DNA of 64,000 bases, from IMG/VR virus record IMGVR_UViG_3300023179_006341, positions 1-64,000 of that record; one strand, 5' to 3'. This DNA comes from a virus. Shown here piece after piece: positions 18,953 through 28,843 of the stretch. A program made the translations under genes and the position numbers. Each line of letters opens with the position of its first letter. Within the stretch, counting starts at the first letter, position 1. The notes beneath the pieces are model-generated. The model had not been told where the DNA came from, made no database searches, and was given only the letters and a program-made list of their open reading frames with translations.

Positions 18953-19702
18953 ATGTCTCAAAGAATACCTTATACATATTATGTCTTTCATAAACCAACA
19001 GGTTTAAAATACTATGGTTCAAAGTATGGAAAAAATGCTGATCCTAATAGTTTTTGGAAACCTAATGGATACTATACTTCTTCAAAAAAAGTTAAAAAGC
19101 TTATTTTAGAATATGGAATTAATTCATTTAATGCCGAGGTGAGGAAAATTTTTGACAGTCCTGAAAAAGCATTGATTTACGAATACAAATTTTTAAAAAA
19201 AGTAAAAGCTTTATCAAAAGATGATTGGTTAAATGATAATTACGGAGGAGAAAAATTTAGAAATATTGGTCCTGCTAGCGAAAAAACTTTGCAAGCACAA
19301 AAAAATAAAAAACAATCACCTGAAAGTAATATAAAAAGATCTAATTCTTTAAAAGGCAGAATTATTTCTGATGAAACAAGAAAAAAAATGTCAGAAGTTC
19401 AAAAAAATAGATCTGAAGAAAATGAAATGCTTAGGCGAGACAAAATTAGACAACATGCTTTAGGAAGAAATCAAAGTGAAAAAGTTAAAAAACAATTGTC
19501 TCATATAGTTAGTAACACAAGATGGGTTCATAATGGCAAAATGCAAAAAAAAGTTGGTAAAGATGAGTTACAAATATATATAGATAATGGTTGGCATAAT
19601 GGTAGAATTTTGTCTATAGTTACTTGTCCACATTGTGATCAAAGTGGTGTAAAACATAATATAGCTAGAAAACACTTTGATAAATGCCAATCTAAAAAAT
19701 AG
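18953..19702 (+). mobile_element. free-standing Seg-like (GIY-YIG type) homing endonuclease with NUMOD3-like repeats
   Basis: PYTYYV...KYYGS...YYTSS; SDETRKKMSE; RWVHNG...GWHNGR; CPHC...HFDKC. Confidence 0.75.
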
Positions 19703-19718
19703 CAAAGGTTGGTTAATA

Positions 19719-20894
19719 ATGAGTAATATATTATTGATAATTGCAGCCATGGTTTTTATACCATGGCTGTTTTTAAAGTTAACTAAGCTAGACAAACATA
19801 TACCACTGCCAATGGCTCAGATTGCTTTTGGTATATGCTTTGGTCCTAGCGCATTAGGTTCAGCATTTCCTGAATTATGGTCAAACGTTTTTACGCAACC
19901 TGTTCGATTTGGTTTAGACGCTATACAAATATTAGCGATTAGCGTATTTGCATTTATTGCAGGTATTGAATTAAAACCAAAAGAAATTATTGAACGTGAA
20001 GGTCATGCAATATGGAAACAAGCATTTCATGTCATACTCATACCTATTCTTTTGGCAGGTTTAAGTTTCATCGTATTTTTTGATGATCCAATTTGGCATA
20101 ATCCTGATATACCATTTTGGAAATATGCATGGACAATGGGTGTAGCAACTTGTATTACTGCTATGCCTATGTTGGTAGTTGCATGTAAATCAATGGGTAT
20201 ATGGGGCACACATACTGCTAAAAAATTGCTAGGATTGGTAACTTTTGATGATTTAGTATTATGGTTGACTGTAGCTGTAATTGTCAGTGTAGGCAAATAT
20301 GCTGTAAATGCATCTATATTTTTTGCAGTATTGGTAGCATTATGGTATCTTTGGCCTAAGATATTACAAGTCGCAGGTGAAAATGCTTATCCAACCTTGA
20401 CTGTTGCTTTAGCTTTAATCATGGCAAGTTTTAGTCATTGGGCAGGATTGCATTATGTTTTAGGTGCATTTTTTGCAGGTATGATTACGCCAAGACATGC
20501 TATTAAATGGAATGAAGGCATGGAACTTCAACAAATGTATTGGTTGATGCCTGTATTTTTTATTTGGACAGGATTGAAATCACAATGGACATTAGACTTT
20601 GAAGTAATCCTTATGGGTGCATTGGGTATGTTTGTTGTTGCCATAATAACAAAATTTGTAGGTGTATGGTTGGCTTATCGTGAACAAGGTATGCGACTAG
20701 TGTGCTTTAAAACTGCACTACTTCAAAATAAAGGGTTAATGGAAATATTTTTAGTATCCATGTTATTGAGTGCAGGAATTATTAGTGATAATATGTTTGC
20801 TGCGGTGGTTATTATGAGTTTAATGAGCACTATTGTTGCTGTGCCTTTAGCAAAACTCTTTTACAAACCTGAATACATTGAACACAAAATTTAA
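19719..20894 (+). CDS. cation:proton antiporter (CPA2/Kef family)
   Basis: Many TM helices; GICFGPSALG, FIAGIEL, TFDD, LGAFFAG, NKGLME. Confidence 0.85.
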   Translation: MSNILLIIAAMVFIPWLFLKLTKLDKHIPLPMAQIAFGICFGPSALGSAFPELWSNVFTQPVRFGLDAIQILAISVFAFIAGIELKPKEIIEREGHAIWKQAFHVILIPILLAGLSFIVFFDDPIWHNPDIPFWKYAWTMGVATCITAMPMLVVACKSMGIWGTHTAKKLLGLVTFDDLVLWLTVAVIVSVGKYAVNASIFFAVLVALWYLWPKILQVAGENAYPTLTVALALIMASFSHWAGLHYVLGAFFAGMITPRHAIKWNEGMELQQMYWLMPVFFIWTGLKSQWTLDFEVILMGALGMFVVAIITKFVGVWLAYREQGMRLVCFKTALLQNKGLMEIFLVSMLLSAGIISDNMFAAVVIMSLMSTIVAVPLAKLFYKPEYIEHKI

Positions 20895-20903
20895 GGAGCT
20901 AAT

Positions 20904-21038
20904 ATGTTTAACTATGAAACAATTTGGGATGTTTATGAAGTTAAATTCGTAATATTTTTTATTTCAGTTGTTTTAGCTATCGTTCTTACTACTTGGTTAT
21001 ACGATAAGAAAAAAGACAAGGATGTAGATAATGATTGA
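20904..21038 (+). CDS. 44-aa single-TM protein (not in the ORF track)
   Basis: RBS aaggag; FVIFFISVVLAIVLTTWLY then KKKDKD. Confidence 0.6.
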   Translation: MFNYETIWDVYEVKFVIFFISVVLAIVLTTWLYDKKKDKDVDND

Positions 21039-21720
21039 ATTTTTATGGGCACTTGGTGCTATTATTTTAATTGATGTTGTTTTAGGTGGTGAAAATGCAC
21101 TAGTGATTGCTATGGCATCAAAAAATCTACCTGAACATTTGCGCAAACGTGCTATGTTTTGGGGTACTTTTGGTGCAGTAGCTGTACGCTTTGTTTGTGT
21201 GGCAGCATTAACTTACCTGCTGATGATACCTGGGCTAAGGTTGGTGGGTGGATTATTATTAATTTGGATTGCATGGCGACTGACTTCAAATAATAACGAT
21301 CATACTGATATTAAAGCATCTATGACATTTTGGGGTGCTATGGGAACTATTGTCATGGCAGATGCTGTTATGGGACTAGATAATGCTTTAGCTATCGCAG
21401 GAGCAGCAGGTGGTAATTGGACATTAATCATTATTGGGTTGTTAGTCAGTGTTCCAATTATATTGTTTGGTAGCACCATGGTGTCTAAGATTTTAGAAAA
21501 ATATCCTGATACTATTTTTATTGGTGCATTTGTATTATATGCGGTTGCGTTTAAAATGATAACAGGTGAACCATTTGTAGATACTTATATTGACCCTTTA
21601 CATGATTGGTCAGAATATGGTTTACCTTATGTATTAGCTTTAGTATTAACATTGAAGCAATACTATAGAACAAGAATTAGAAAAATTAAAGGAGAAAATA
21701 ACAATGGCACAATGGCTTGA
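21031..21720 (+). CDS. TerC/YjbE family integral membrane protein
   Basis: IILIDVVLGGENALVIAMA; ADAVMGLDNALAIAGAA. Confidence 0.9.
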   Translation: MIEFLWALGAIILIDVVLGGENALVIAMASKNLPEHLRKRAMFWGTFGAVAVRFVCVAALTYLLMIPGLRLVGGLLLIWIAWRLTSNNNDHTDIKASMTFWGAMGTIVMADAVMGLDNALAIAGAAGGNWTLIIIGLLVSVPIILFGSTMVSKILEKYPDTIFIGAFVLYAVAFKMITGEPFVDTYIDPLHDWSEYGLPYVLALVLTLKQYYRTRIRKIKGENNNGTMA

Positions 21721-22219
21721 AGTATTAAAACAGGGTTTACCTGATTATGCAAAAGATATTCGTTTAAATTTAGATGCAGTAATTTTGCGATCAACACTAG
21801 ACCCAATAGTGGCTGAAGGATGTGCACTAGCAGCAACTGTTGCAACAGGTAATGGTGGTATGGTAGGTAGAATTTATCCTGCTATACAAGATGAAGTCGA
21901 ACGTAATGCAGCAATGGCAGCAGCAAGTTTAATGGCTCAAAATAACGTATGGTATCCTTTTGTTGAAATGACAGGTGATGAAAATTTGAAAGGATTACCT
22001 GCACAGTTAAGAATGAATGCTATTACTTCACATGGTGGTACTACTAAAGTACGATTTGAAGCGTATAGTTTATGTGCTAGCATAGTTGGTAAGTGTCATT
22101 TTTGTGTAAAGGCACATTATGAAACATTGAAAAAAGAAGGATACACTGTTGAACAATTGCGGGATATAGGACGTATTGCAGCAGTCATGACAGCAGTGTG
22201 TAAACTTTTGGTGGGTTAG
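21704..22219 (+). CDS. ahpD: alkyl hydroperoxide reductase AhpD
   Basis: LPDYAKDIRLNL; MAQNNVWY; SIVGKCHFCVKAH. Confidence 0.92.
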   Translation: MAQWLEVLKQGLPDYAKDIRLNLDAVILRSTLDPIVAEGCALAATVATGNGGMVGRIYPAIQDEVERNAAMAAASLMAQNNVWYPFVEMTGDENLKGLPAQLRMNAITSHGGTTKVRFEAYSLCASIVGKCHFCVKAHYETLKKEGYTVEQLRDIGRIAAVMTAVCKLLVG

Positions 22220-22486
22220 GTGGATTATAGATCCTTAAAAGAGTGTGATCATTGTGGTACTAATGTTTCAAAGTATCACCCTGTATGCGCTCAGTGCGGT
22301 AGAGATCATTCGGAAGAATGGTTGTATATTCCCCCACCACCCCCACCTCCAATTTATCCCGAAGGTTTTAAATTTCATGATATTCCCCCTTATAAACCTG
22401 AAATAATTCCTGAATGGTTACAAATTGGATTATGTCTTGTGGCAATACCATTTGTTGTTTGGTTTCTTGCTAATCTTATAAATTGA
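22220..22486 (+). CDS. zinc-ribbon, proline-rich, C-terminal TM protein
   Basis: CDHC...CAQC; poly-Pro tract; hydrophobic tail; GTG start. Confidence 0.55.
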   Translation: MDYRSLKECDHCGTNVSKYHPVCAQCGRDHSEEWLYIPPPPPPPIYPEGFKFHDIPPYKPEIIPEWLQIGLCLVAIPFVVWFLANLIN

Positions 22487-22494
22487 AGGATTTT

Positions 22495-23664
22495 ATGAAA
22501 ATCGCAATTATTGGTGCAGGTATAGCAGGAATATTACCTGCTTATTATTTGGCAAAACGTGGTCATGATATTACCATTTACGATCAAGAACATTATGCTG
22601 CTATGCGCACTAGTTATGCTAATGGTGGACAAATTAGTGTAAGCAATAGTGAAGTATGGACAACTTGGGCAAATGTTATAAAGGGTTTAAAATGGTTACT
22701 TAAAAAAGATGCACCATTATTAATTCGTCCCCAACTTGATTATGATCAACTTAAATGGATTGCTAAGTTTTTACACCATACTGCATCTAATGTATATCGC
22801 CAAAATACTATTGATACCATTACATTAGGCTTAGAAAGCAGAACTTTATATCAAGAAATTATTGATGAAGAAAACATAACTTTTGACCATAGTGCATGTG
22901 GTATTCTTCATATTTACAAAAGTGACAAATATTTTCAACCAACCTATGAGGTCAAAGAATTATATGAATCACATGGTTGTAGTTGGCAAATACTAGACAA
23001 TGAACAACAACTACTTGATATTGAACCCAACCTGAAATATTTTAAAAATTTAGTTGGTGGTGGATGGACAGCAGAAGATTGGGTGGGGGATATTCATAAA
23101 TTTTGTAATGAATTGTTAAAAGTATTAGTATCAAAATATTCAGCTTGCGTAAGTTTTAATAATGAAATAAATGATGCAAGACAATTAACAAGCATTCATG
23201 ATGCAGTAATTATTGCTGCGGGTGCAGAAACTACACATTTATCAAAATTATTGGGTGATAGTATTGATGTATACCCTGTAAAAGGTTATAGTATAACAAT
23301 TAATGATTGTCATATTGATGAATTACCCAAAGTAAGTTTACTCGATGATGAATCTAAAATTGTAACTTCAACATTAGGAAATAGGTTAAGAGTGGCAGGT
23401 ACAGCAGAATTGTGTGGGCACAATCGTGATATTACAAGAAGTAGAATTGAACCATTATTAAATTGGGTCAACGAAAATTTCCCACATCTTGATACTAGAA
23501 ATTATAGTAGTTGGGCATGTTTGCGTCCTATGACACCAAACATGATGCCTATTGTTTGTGAAAGTAAAGTAAAAAATATTTACTATCATACAGGACATGG
23601 GCATTTAGGATGGACAATTAGTCCTGCAACATCTAAAAAACTTGTTTCTTTGATTGAAAAATGA
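22495..23664 (+). CDS. dadA: D-amino acid dehydrogenase (DadA-like FAD oxidoreductase)
   Basis: IIGAGIAG; TSYANGGQIS; YPVKGYS; WACLRPMTP; TGHGHLGWT. Confidence 0.9.
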   Translation: MKIAIIGAGIAGILPAYYLAKRGHDITIYDQEHYAAMRTSYANGGQISVSNSEVWTTWANVIKGLKWLLKKDAPLLIRPQLDYDQLKWIAKFLHHTASNVYRQNTIDTITLGLESRTLYQEIIDEENITFDHSACGILHIYKSDKYFQPTYEVKELYESHGCSWQILDNEQQLLDIEPNLKYFKNLVGGGWTAEDWVGDIHKFCNELLKVLVSKYSACVSFNNEINDARQLTSIHDAVIIAAGAETTHLSKLLGDSIDVYPVKGYSITINDCHIDELPKVSLLDDESKIVTSTLGNRLRVAGTAELCGHNRDITRSRIEPLLNWVNENFPHLDTRNYSSWACLRPMTPNMMPIVCESKVKNIYYHTGHGHLGWTISPATSKKLVSLIEK

Positions 23665-23675
23665 TAAATATGTAT

Positions 23676-23933
23676 ATGAGCGAAGAATACGACAAGTTTA
23701 AACATAGTCGTCGTAGGCAGCAAAAAGAAAACTATGTTCATAGACAAGCTGATATTTTAAAAGCATATCATCTTGAGCCAAAGAATGGTCAAGAGCATCG
23801 TTATGCAAAACATAGTTCAATGAACTGTGGTAATCCAAAGTGCATACTATGTTCTAATCCTAGAAAGATTTTTAATGAAAAAAAGATACAAGAGCAACGT
23901 CACGAACAGTCAAAATTATGGGATGAAGAGTAG
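23676..23933 (+). CDS. basic Zn-binding hypothetical protein
   Basis: TAAATA-N5-ATG; CGNPKCILCSNPRK. Confidence 0.65.
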   Translation: MSEEYDKFKHSRRRQQKENYVHRQADILKAYHLEPKNGQEHRYAKHSSMNCGNPKCILCSNPRKIFNEKKIQEQRHEQSKLWDEE

Positions 23934-24044
23934 TATCTATAGTTATTACGTAGTAAACAAGTTTATTTTCAGATAATTTACATCATAAGTAAATATCTAC
24001 GCACACATTTTAATGTGTTTTTTAATTTCTAAGAGGAAAGAAGC

Positions 24045-25064
24045 ATGAAGAAACTTTTATTTGCAACATTATTTGCAACAGCGACAGGGGTAGCAACTGC
24101 ACAAACATCGATTTATGGTTTAGCAGATGCTTTCTACGGTCACTCATCAGGTAAGCAATCTGTAAATCGTGTTGAATCAGGTGGTATGACTACTAGTTAT
24201 ATTGGTATTCGTTCTACTGAAAAACTAGGTGATGTTACAGCATCAGCGGTACTTGAAACATTTTTACGTCCTGACACAGCAGCAAATGGTCGTTTTAATG
24301 GTGATACATTTTATGCACGTAACGCATATGTTAGCTTAGCTAATAAAGCAGGTGAAGTACAAGTTGGTCGTGTAACAACACCAATGTTTATTTCAACCAT
24401 TGCTTTTAATGCGTTAGCTGATAGTTTTGTATTCAGCCCAATGGTTACTGCACGTTATGGTGTTAATAACTTTAACTTAGGTGGGGGTGGTTCAGACACA
24501 GGTTGGAGCAATAGTGTATTAGTTAAAACTAATGCAGGACCTTTAGCGGTAACAGGTGTTTACAGTGCAGGAGTAGCCGATGATGCTGCAGGTACAAAGC
24601 AAGCAGGTAAAAGTGTTGGTGCTATGTATTTTGCAGGACCTGTTGGTTTAACTGCAACATGGCAAGATGTTGAGCAAGGTGCAGGTAAGCCAAGCATGGT
24701 ATCAACGATTGTTGGTGGTTCAGTTGACATGAAAGTAGCAAAGTTTTTTGCACAATGGAATCGTGTTGAGCACAGTGATGCAGTAACTAAAGAAGACAAA
24801 GGTTATAGCATTGGAGCAACTATGCCATTAGGTGGTGGCAACACTGCTATGGTAAGTTATGCTAAGCATGATCATTCATTTGTTAATCGTAAATCAGCAG
24901 AGACAGCATCATGGGCAGTTGGAGTGTCACATGCTTTAAGCAAGCGTACAGACTTGTATGCAGCAGTGCGTGATACAAACTATACTAATGATGGTATTAA
25001 CCGTACAAATGCATCATGGACAGATAGTCGTGTAACAGGTGTTGGTGTACGTCACCGTTTCTAA
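24045..25064 (+). CDS. general outer-membrane porin (Gram-negative, Betaproteobacteria-like)
   Basis: Signal ATA|QTSIYG; RSTEKLG; ARNAYV; HALSKRTDLYA; C-terminal GVRHRF. Confidence 0.92.
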   Translation: MKKLLFATLFATATGVATAQTSIYGLADAFYGHSSGKQSVNRVESGGMTTSYIGIRSTEKLGDVTASAVLETFLRPDTAANGRFNGDTFYARNAYVSLANKAGEVQVGRVTTPMFISTIAFNALADSFVFSPMVTARYGVNNFNLGGGGSDTGWSNSVLVKTNAGPLAVTGVYSAGVADDAAGTKQAGKSVGAMYFAGPVGLTATWQDVEQGAGKPSMVSTIVGGSVDMKVAKFFAQWNRVEHSDAVTKEDKGYSIGATMPLGGGNTAMVSYAKHDHSFVNRKSAETASWAVGVSHALSKRTDLYAAVRDTNYTNDGINRTNASWTDSRVTGVGVRHRF

Positions 25065-25086
25065 TTTATAAAACCTAGAAACAATT

Positions 25087-25110
25087 AAGGGAGCATAGTG
25101 CTCCCTTTTT
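25087..25110. terminator. terminator between convergent porin and LamG genes
   Basis: aagggagca-tag-tgctcccttttt. Confidence 0.8.
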
Positions 25111-25111
25111 A

Positions 25112-26449
25112 TTATGGATTAAATCTACTTTGGAAAGCGTTATAATTTTGTGCAACTTCATTTCCATTTAGTATAGAACTATACATTCTAGCAGCATTTA
25201 TTCTCCCGTTTAAAAAATTTTCAGGTACGCTATAAATTGCACCAATATTTAATTGCCCTGTACCACCATACGGACCCTGTGTTGCCTGATTTTGTAAAAC
25301 ACCGTTTGCATAAAATTGTTTTCTATATGTGGTATGATTATATGTAAACACAAATTGATACCATGTGTTTAAAGTTAACACGTAAGCTGTATCCATATCA
25401 TTAGCAAAAAATGAAAAACTTATATACCGAGTAGGTCCAAAGTACAGTATCTGAAATCCATTGTTGTTGGTTAATGGACCCTGACCAAAATAGCCACTAC
25501 CGTTTGCGGAAGTATAAACCCATATTTCTAAACTCCAATTTCTTAGTAAGTTTAAACTACCCATGTTAACGTATTGATTGCTACCATTAAAGGTAAAATA
25601 TGAGGTTGCTCCTGAACTAGTAAATGTAGGTGAATTTACTAATGTACCATTACTTGTGCCCGTTAAGTCTGTCCAAGTAGTTCCTGAGCCTCCATAACTT
25701 GTACTAATACCTGCGTCCAAGTTAAATAATAAATTACTTGTTACAATATTAGTATATCTACTCTGTAAAGCTGCATAATTTTGTGCAACTTCAGGTGCAG
25801 TTAAAACTGTGCTATACATTCTAGCAGCAGCTATTCTTCCATTGATAGGAGTACTAGCCGAACTGTACGTACCGCCTATGTTAAATTGTCCTGACCCACC
25901 ATATGCAGCACCTGTATTACTATTTTGGAAAACACCATTTGCATAAAATTGTTTTAAATATGTACTATGGCTATATGTAAAAACAAATTGATACCATGTG
26001 TTATAAGTTAATACATATGAGGTATCCAAGTCATTGGCATACATACCAAAAATAATATATCGTCCACCTGATGCTAGATATAAAATATGTAGTCCAACGT
26101 TTGTTGATGTTGTACCTTGCCCAAAAAACCCACTATTGTCTGCTGTAACCCAAGCCCATAGTTCTAACGTCCAAGTACGCTGTAAGTTTAAACTACCCAT
26201 GTTAACGTATTGATTGCTACCATTAAAGGTGAAGTAAGAACTTACTCCTGCATTAGTAAATGTGGGTGTATTGACTAATGTGCCATTACTCGTGCCTGTC
26301 AAATCTGTCCAAGTACTACCTGTACCTGAATAGCTTGCTTTGTTACCTGCGTCTAAATTAAATAGCAAATTACTTGTGACAGGCGAAATAATACTTCTAA
26401 AATTAATGCCACTGCCAAAAGAAATGCCTGGACTAACTGTAAAACCCAT
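25112..26449 (-). CDS. tandem LamG/concanavalin-like lectin domain protein
   Basis: Two 212-aa repeats NLLFNLDAG...SYxGxGxTWTDL...WYQFVFTY...EVAQNY. Confidence 0.85.
   Translation of the reverse strand: MGFTVSPGISFGSGINFRSIISPVTSNLLFNLDAGNKASYSGTGSTWTDLTGTSNGTLVNTPTFTNAGVSSYFTFNGSNQYVNMGSLNLQRTWTLELWAWVTADNSGFFGQGTTSTNVGLHILYLASGGRYIIFGMYANDLDTSYVLTYNTWYQFVFTYSHSTYLKQFYANGVFQNSNTGAAYGGSGQFNIGGTYSSASTPINGRIAAARMYSTVLTAPEVAQNYAALQSRYTNIVTSNLLFNLDAGISTSYGGSGTTWTDLTGTSNGTLVNSPTFTSSGATSYFTFNGSNQYVNMGSLNLLRNWSLEIWVYTSANGSGYFGQGPLTNNNGFQILYFGPTRYISFSFFANDMDTAYVLTLNTWYQFVFTYNHTTYRKQFYANGVLQNQATQGPYGGTGQLNIGAIYSVPENFLNGRINAARMYSSILNGNEVAQNYNAFQSRFNP
25546..26230. repeat. 49-bp identical segment shared by the two LamG repeats (25546-25594 and 26182-26230)
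   Basis: gtaagtttaaactacccatgttaacgtattgattgctaccattaaaggt twice, offset 636 nt. Confidence 0.85.
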
Positions 26450-26451
26450 AA

Positions 26452-27210
26452 TTAATTTCCAAAATATGATTTATAATAATTATAATTACTTAAGCATTCA
26501 CTATCGGTTAAATATTTGTTATACATCATAAAAACAGAAATATCACCCCAATATTGTGAAGCACTTGATGGGTCAGTGTTTCCTTCATGATACGCACCAA
26601 TTGAACCAAAACCTCTATCAAAATTTGCTGATCCGCTTGCAATACTGCCTCTGATGGTGCCTGGGGTATCGTTGTAGGAAATTTGGTAATATGGATCAAA
26701 ATTTTGCCAACGCCAAAATATTACAACCCAATTTGAAGTACCCCAATTTGGCAATTGATATTGATAAAATCCACTTCCTAAAAAACCTGCCCCATCATTA
26801 TCATACATGCCTATTTGATATCCAGCATATTCAATAATTACGTGATGATCGTTAACATAAGATCTTGTTAAGGTTCTCCAATTAGAGGTATCTGCGCTTA
26901 CTCTTGTCCATACACAAAACGTTACTCCTGATGCACTACTAATTGATATATCTGATCCATTTTTGGCACAGCCGTAGCTACCATTAAAATCCATGTATTT
27001 TACTGCACCCGCTGCATTATAAGCTGATGCAAGTATATTAAAATTATTTCCGTTCCCACTTCTGTCATACCAAATTGTTCCTGAACCACTATAACTAGCA
27101 GAATTAGTGGCATCAAGCCAAAGAACTAAATTTGATGGAGCAGCAATTGCATATGAAAATATACCAAGACCCCCTCTAAGGGTTACACCTGTTCCAATAA
27201 TTGAACCCAC
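26452..27210 (-). CDS. LamG-like lectin domain protein
   Basis: NLVLWLDATNSASYSGSGTIWYDRSGNGN; MYNKYLTDSE..NY; GTG start after ggag. Confidence 0.8.
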   Translation of the reverse strand: MGSIIGTGVTLRGGLGIFSYAIAAPSNLVLWLDATNSASYSGSGTIWYDRSGNGNNFNILASAYNAAGAVKYMDFNGSYGCAKNGSDISISSASGVTFCVWTRVSADTSNWRTLTRSYVNDHHVIIEYAGYQIGMYDNDGAGFLGSGFYQYQLPNWGTSNWVVIFWRWQNFDPYYQISYNDTPGTIRGSIASGSANFDRGFGSIGAYHEGNTDPSSASQYWGDISVFMMYNKYLTDSECLSNYNYYKSYFGN

Positions 27211-27280
27211 TTTTAGTTTCTCCTGATTTGTATTTAACTATTTTTAAACTCTTACTTTTTAATGATAGCAATTTACATGT

Positions 27281-27817
27281 TTAATTTAATCCACTTCCAC
27301 GATATCGTATAAAACTATCAATGCTTGTTGTATATGAAAAATCAGAGGTAGCTACCCCAAAAGCAAAATCCCAAGGACCATCGAAATTTCCAAACTGTAT
27401 TCTCAATGCAGTATATGTGCCTTTATACATGTATATTGAATTGGATATTGCACGTGACGCATGTCTGCCACCATTGTTTATAAAAGCATTACCTGTTGTA
27501 AAATTAATTGTCGCCTCAGGCCCTAACCATAGATAACTAGCATCATCTGAAGTTAACGTAAAAGTATATGTATTGCTTTTTGTCGCATACCAATATCCTA
27601 ACCACTGTACACTAAAATCTCCCGTTCTAAATAAGTCATTTGGAAATATTGGGCTAGTATTTGTGTTGGTTGGTACTGATACTGTAGCGGTAGCAAACCA
27701 ATTAGGATCATCTCCAAAATAATTGTTATACTCTGTTCGTCTTAATCCAACTCCTGTCATAGCAGGAAAATCAATAGTCACTCCGCTTACACTAACTCCA
27801 CCGAAAAAACCTGGCAT
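27281..27817 (-). CDS. PA14-domain protein
   Basis: Likely start MPGFFGG; FSVQWLGY, YTFTLTSDDASYLW, NNGGRH. Confidence 0.85.
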   Translation of the reverse strand: MPGFFGGVSVSGVTIDFPAMTGVGLRRTEYNNYFGDDPNWFATATVSVPTNTNTSPIFPNDLFRTGDFSVQWLGYWYATKSNTYTFTLTSDDASYLWLGPEATINFTTGNAFINNGGRHASRAISNSIYMYKGTYTALRIQFGNFDGPWDFAFGVATSDFSYTTSIDSFIRYRGSGLN

Positions 27818-27913
27818 TTTTATATTATCCTCATTTAATATTGTAAAACTATATTGGCAAATAAAAAGCAATTAAAATCATAATTTTTTGTATTAAGTAA
27901 ACCAAAAATATAT

Positions 27914-28432
27914 TTACCCCATCCCATTTCCATACCAAATTAGGTCAGTAAAGTAAATGGTTGCTGAGGTGCCTGGACGGTACCATTTCCAATAAAACTC
28001 TCCTGTGCCTGTATAATTTCCCCATTGAAGTCGTACAGGATAGTAAAAATTTGCTGCAAGGGCTATACTTGCCTCAACTGTTTGCGTTGCGTGTAAACCT
28101 CCATTATTGATTAATGAATTACCTGTTGTAAAACCTCTTACAGCATTGTCACCTATCCACATATAACTAGCATCATCTGAAATTGTTTGAAAAGTATATG
28201 TGGCAGTAACAAGTGGCTTAAACCAACCCAACCATTGATACGAAATACCTTCAGTTGTTGTCCCTGATAGATAAGGGTATACTGTATATACTCCTGTAGG
28301 TGTATTTGATGCAAAGTAATTTACGTTATCAGAAAAATAACCATTGTATATCGAAAGTCTTAAACCTTGGTCTGTTATAGCAGGAAAATCTATGGTAATA
28401 TTTTCTAATGAAAAACCTGTTGCTAATTGCAT
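27914..28432 (-). CDS. PA14-domain protein, paralog of the adjacent gene
   Basis: SYQWLGWF, YTFQTISDDASYMW, NNGGLH, YYPVRLQWG; shares TIDFPA.T..GLR. Confidence 0.85.
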   Translation of the reverse strand: MQLATGFSLENITIDFPAITDQGLRLSIYNGYFSDNVNYFASNTPTGVYTVYPYLSGTTTEGISYQWLGWFKPLVTATYTFQTISDDASYMWIGDNAVRGFTTGNSLINNGGLHATQTVEASIALAANFYYPVRLQWGNYTGTGEFYWKWYRPGTSATIYFTDLIWYGNGMG

Positions 28433-28500
28433 AATTACATCCTTATATACTATTTAACAATTTAATTTAAAATAAAATGCTTTTTAAAATAAGTAATACT

Positions 28501-28758
28501 ATGATACAAAGCACCTATGAATGGGCAGATAAAAGACATGATTTTTTAACGCAAATAAGAAATTTAAATCGTTATTATGCTGATGCGCACGTTTTGTTAA
28601 AAAATATAGATAAACTTGTACGTGAACTAACCATACTAAATGTTGAATACCGTAATCGAGTTACCCCCACTATTAAACAAAAAGAAAAACTGTCGGAAAT
28701 AAACAACGCTATTGATATCTTGGAAAAATGGTTACTTGTCATCACCTTAACCGAATAA
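28501..28758 (+). CDS. hypothetical helical protein
   Basis: TAAGTA 5 nt before ATG 28501. Confidence 0.6.
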   Translation: MIQSTYEWADKRHDFLTQIRNLNRYYADAHVLLKNIDKLVRELTILNVEYRNRVTPTIKQKEKLSEINNAIDILEKWLLVITLTE

Positions 28759-28764
28759 AACCTC

Positions 28765-28793
28765 TTGACAATGGTAGGAATTAGCGTTAATAT
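28765..28793 (+). promoter_or_regulatory. sigma70-type promoter
   Basis: TTGACA-N17-TAATAT. Confidence 0.75.
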
Positions 28794-28843
28794 ACGCTTA
28801 TTGCTTAGGGCAATACACAAGTCAACTTCAAAAGGATTTTGCA

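Noticed and set aside
14189-25064. Bacterial contamination or prophage boundary
   Set aside because: Host-like genes are interleaved with phage genes and share composition, late boxes and CCAG avoidance; no integrase or att site was seen
25112-26449. Diversity-generating retroelement template/variable repeat pair
   Set aside because: Both copies are in-frame domains of one protein, the differences are not adenine-specific and no reverse transcriptase is in the window
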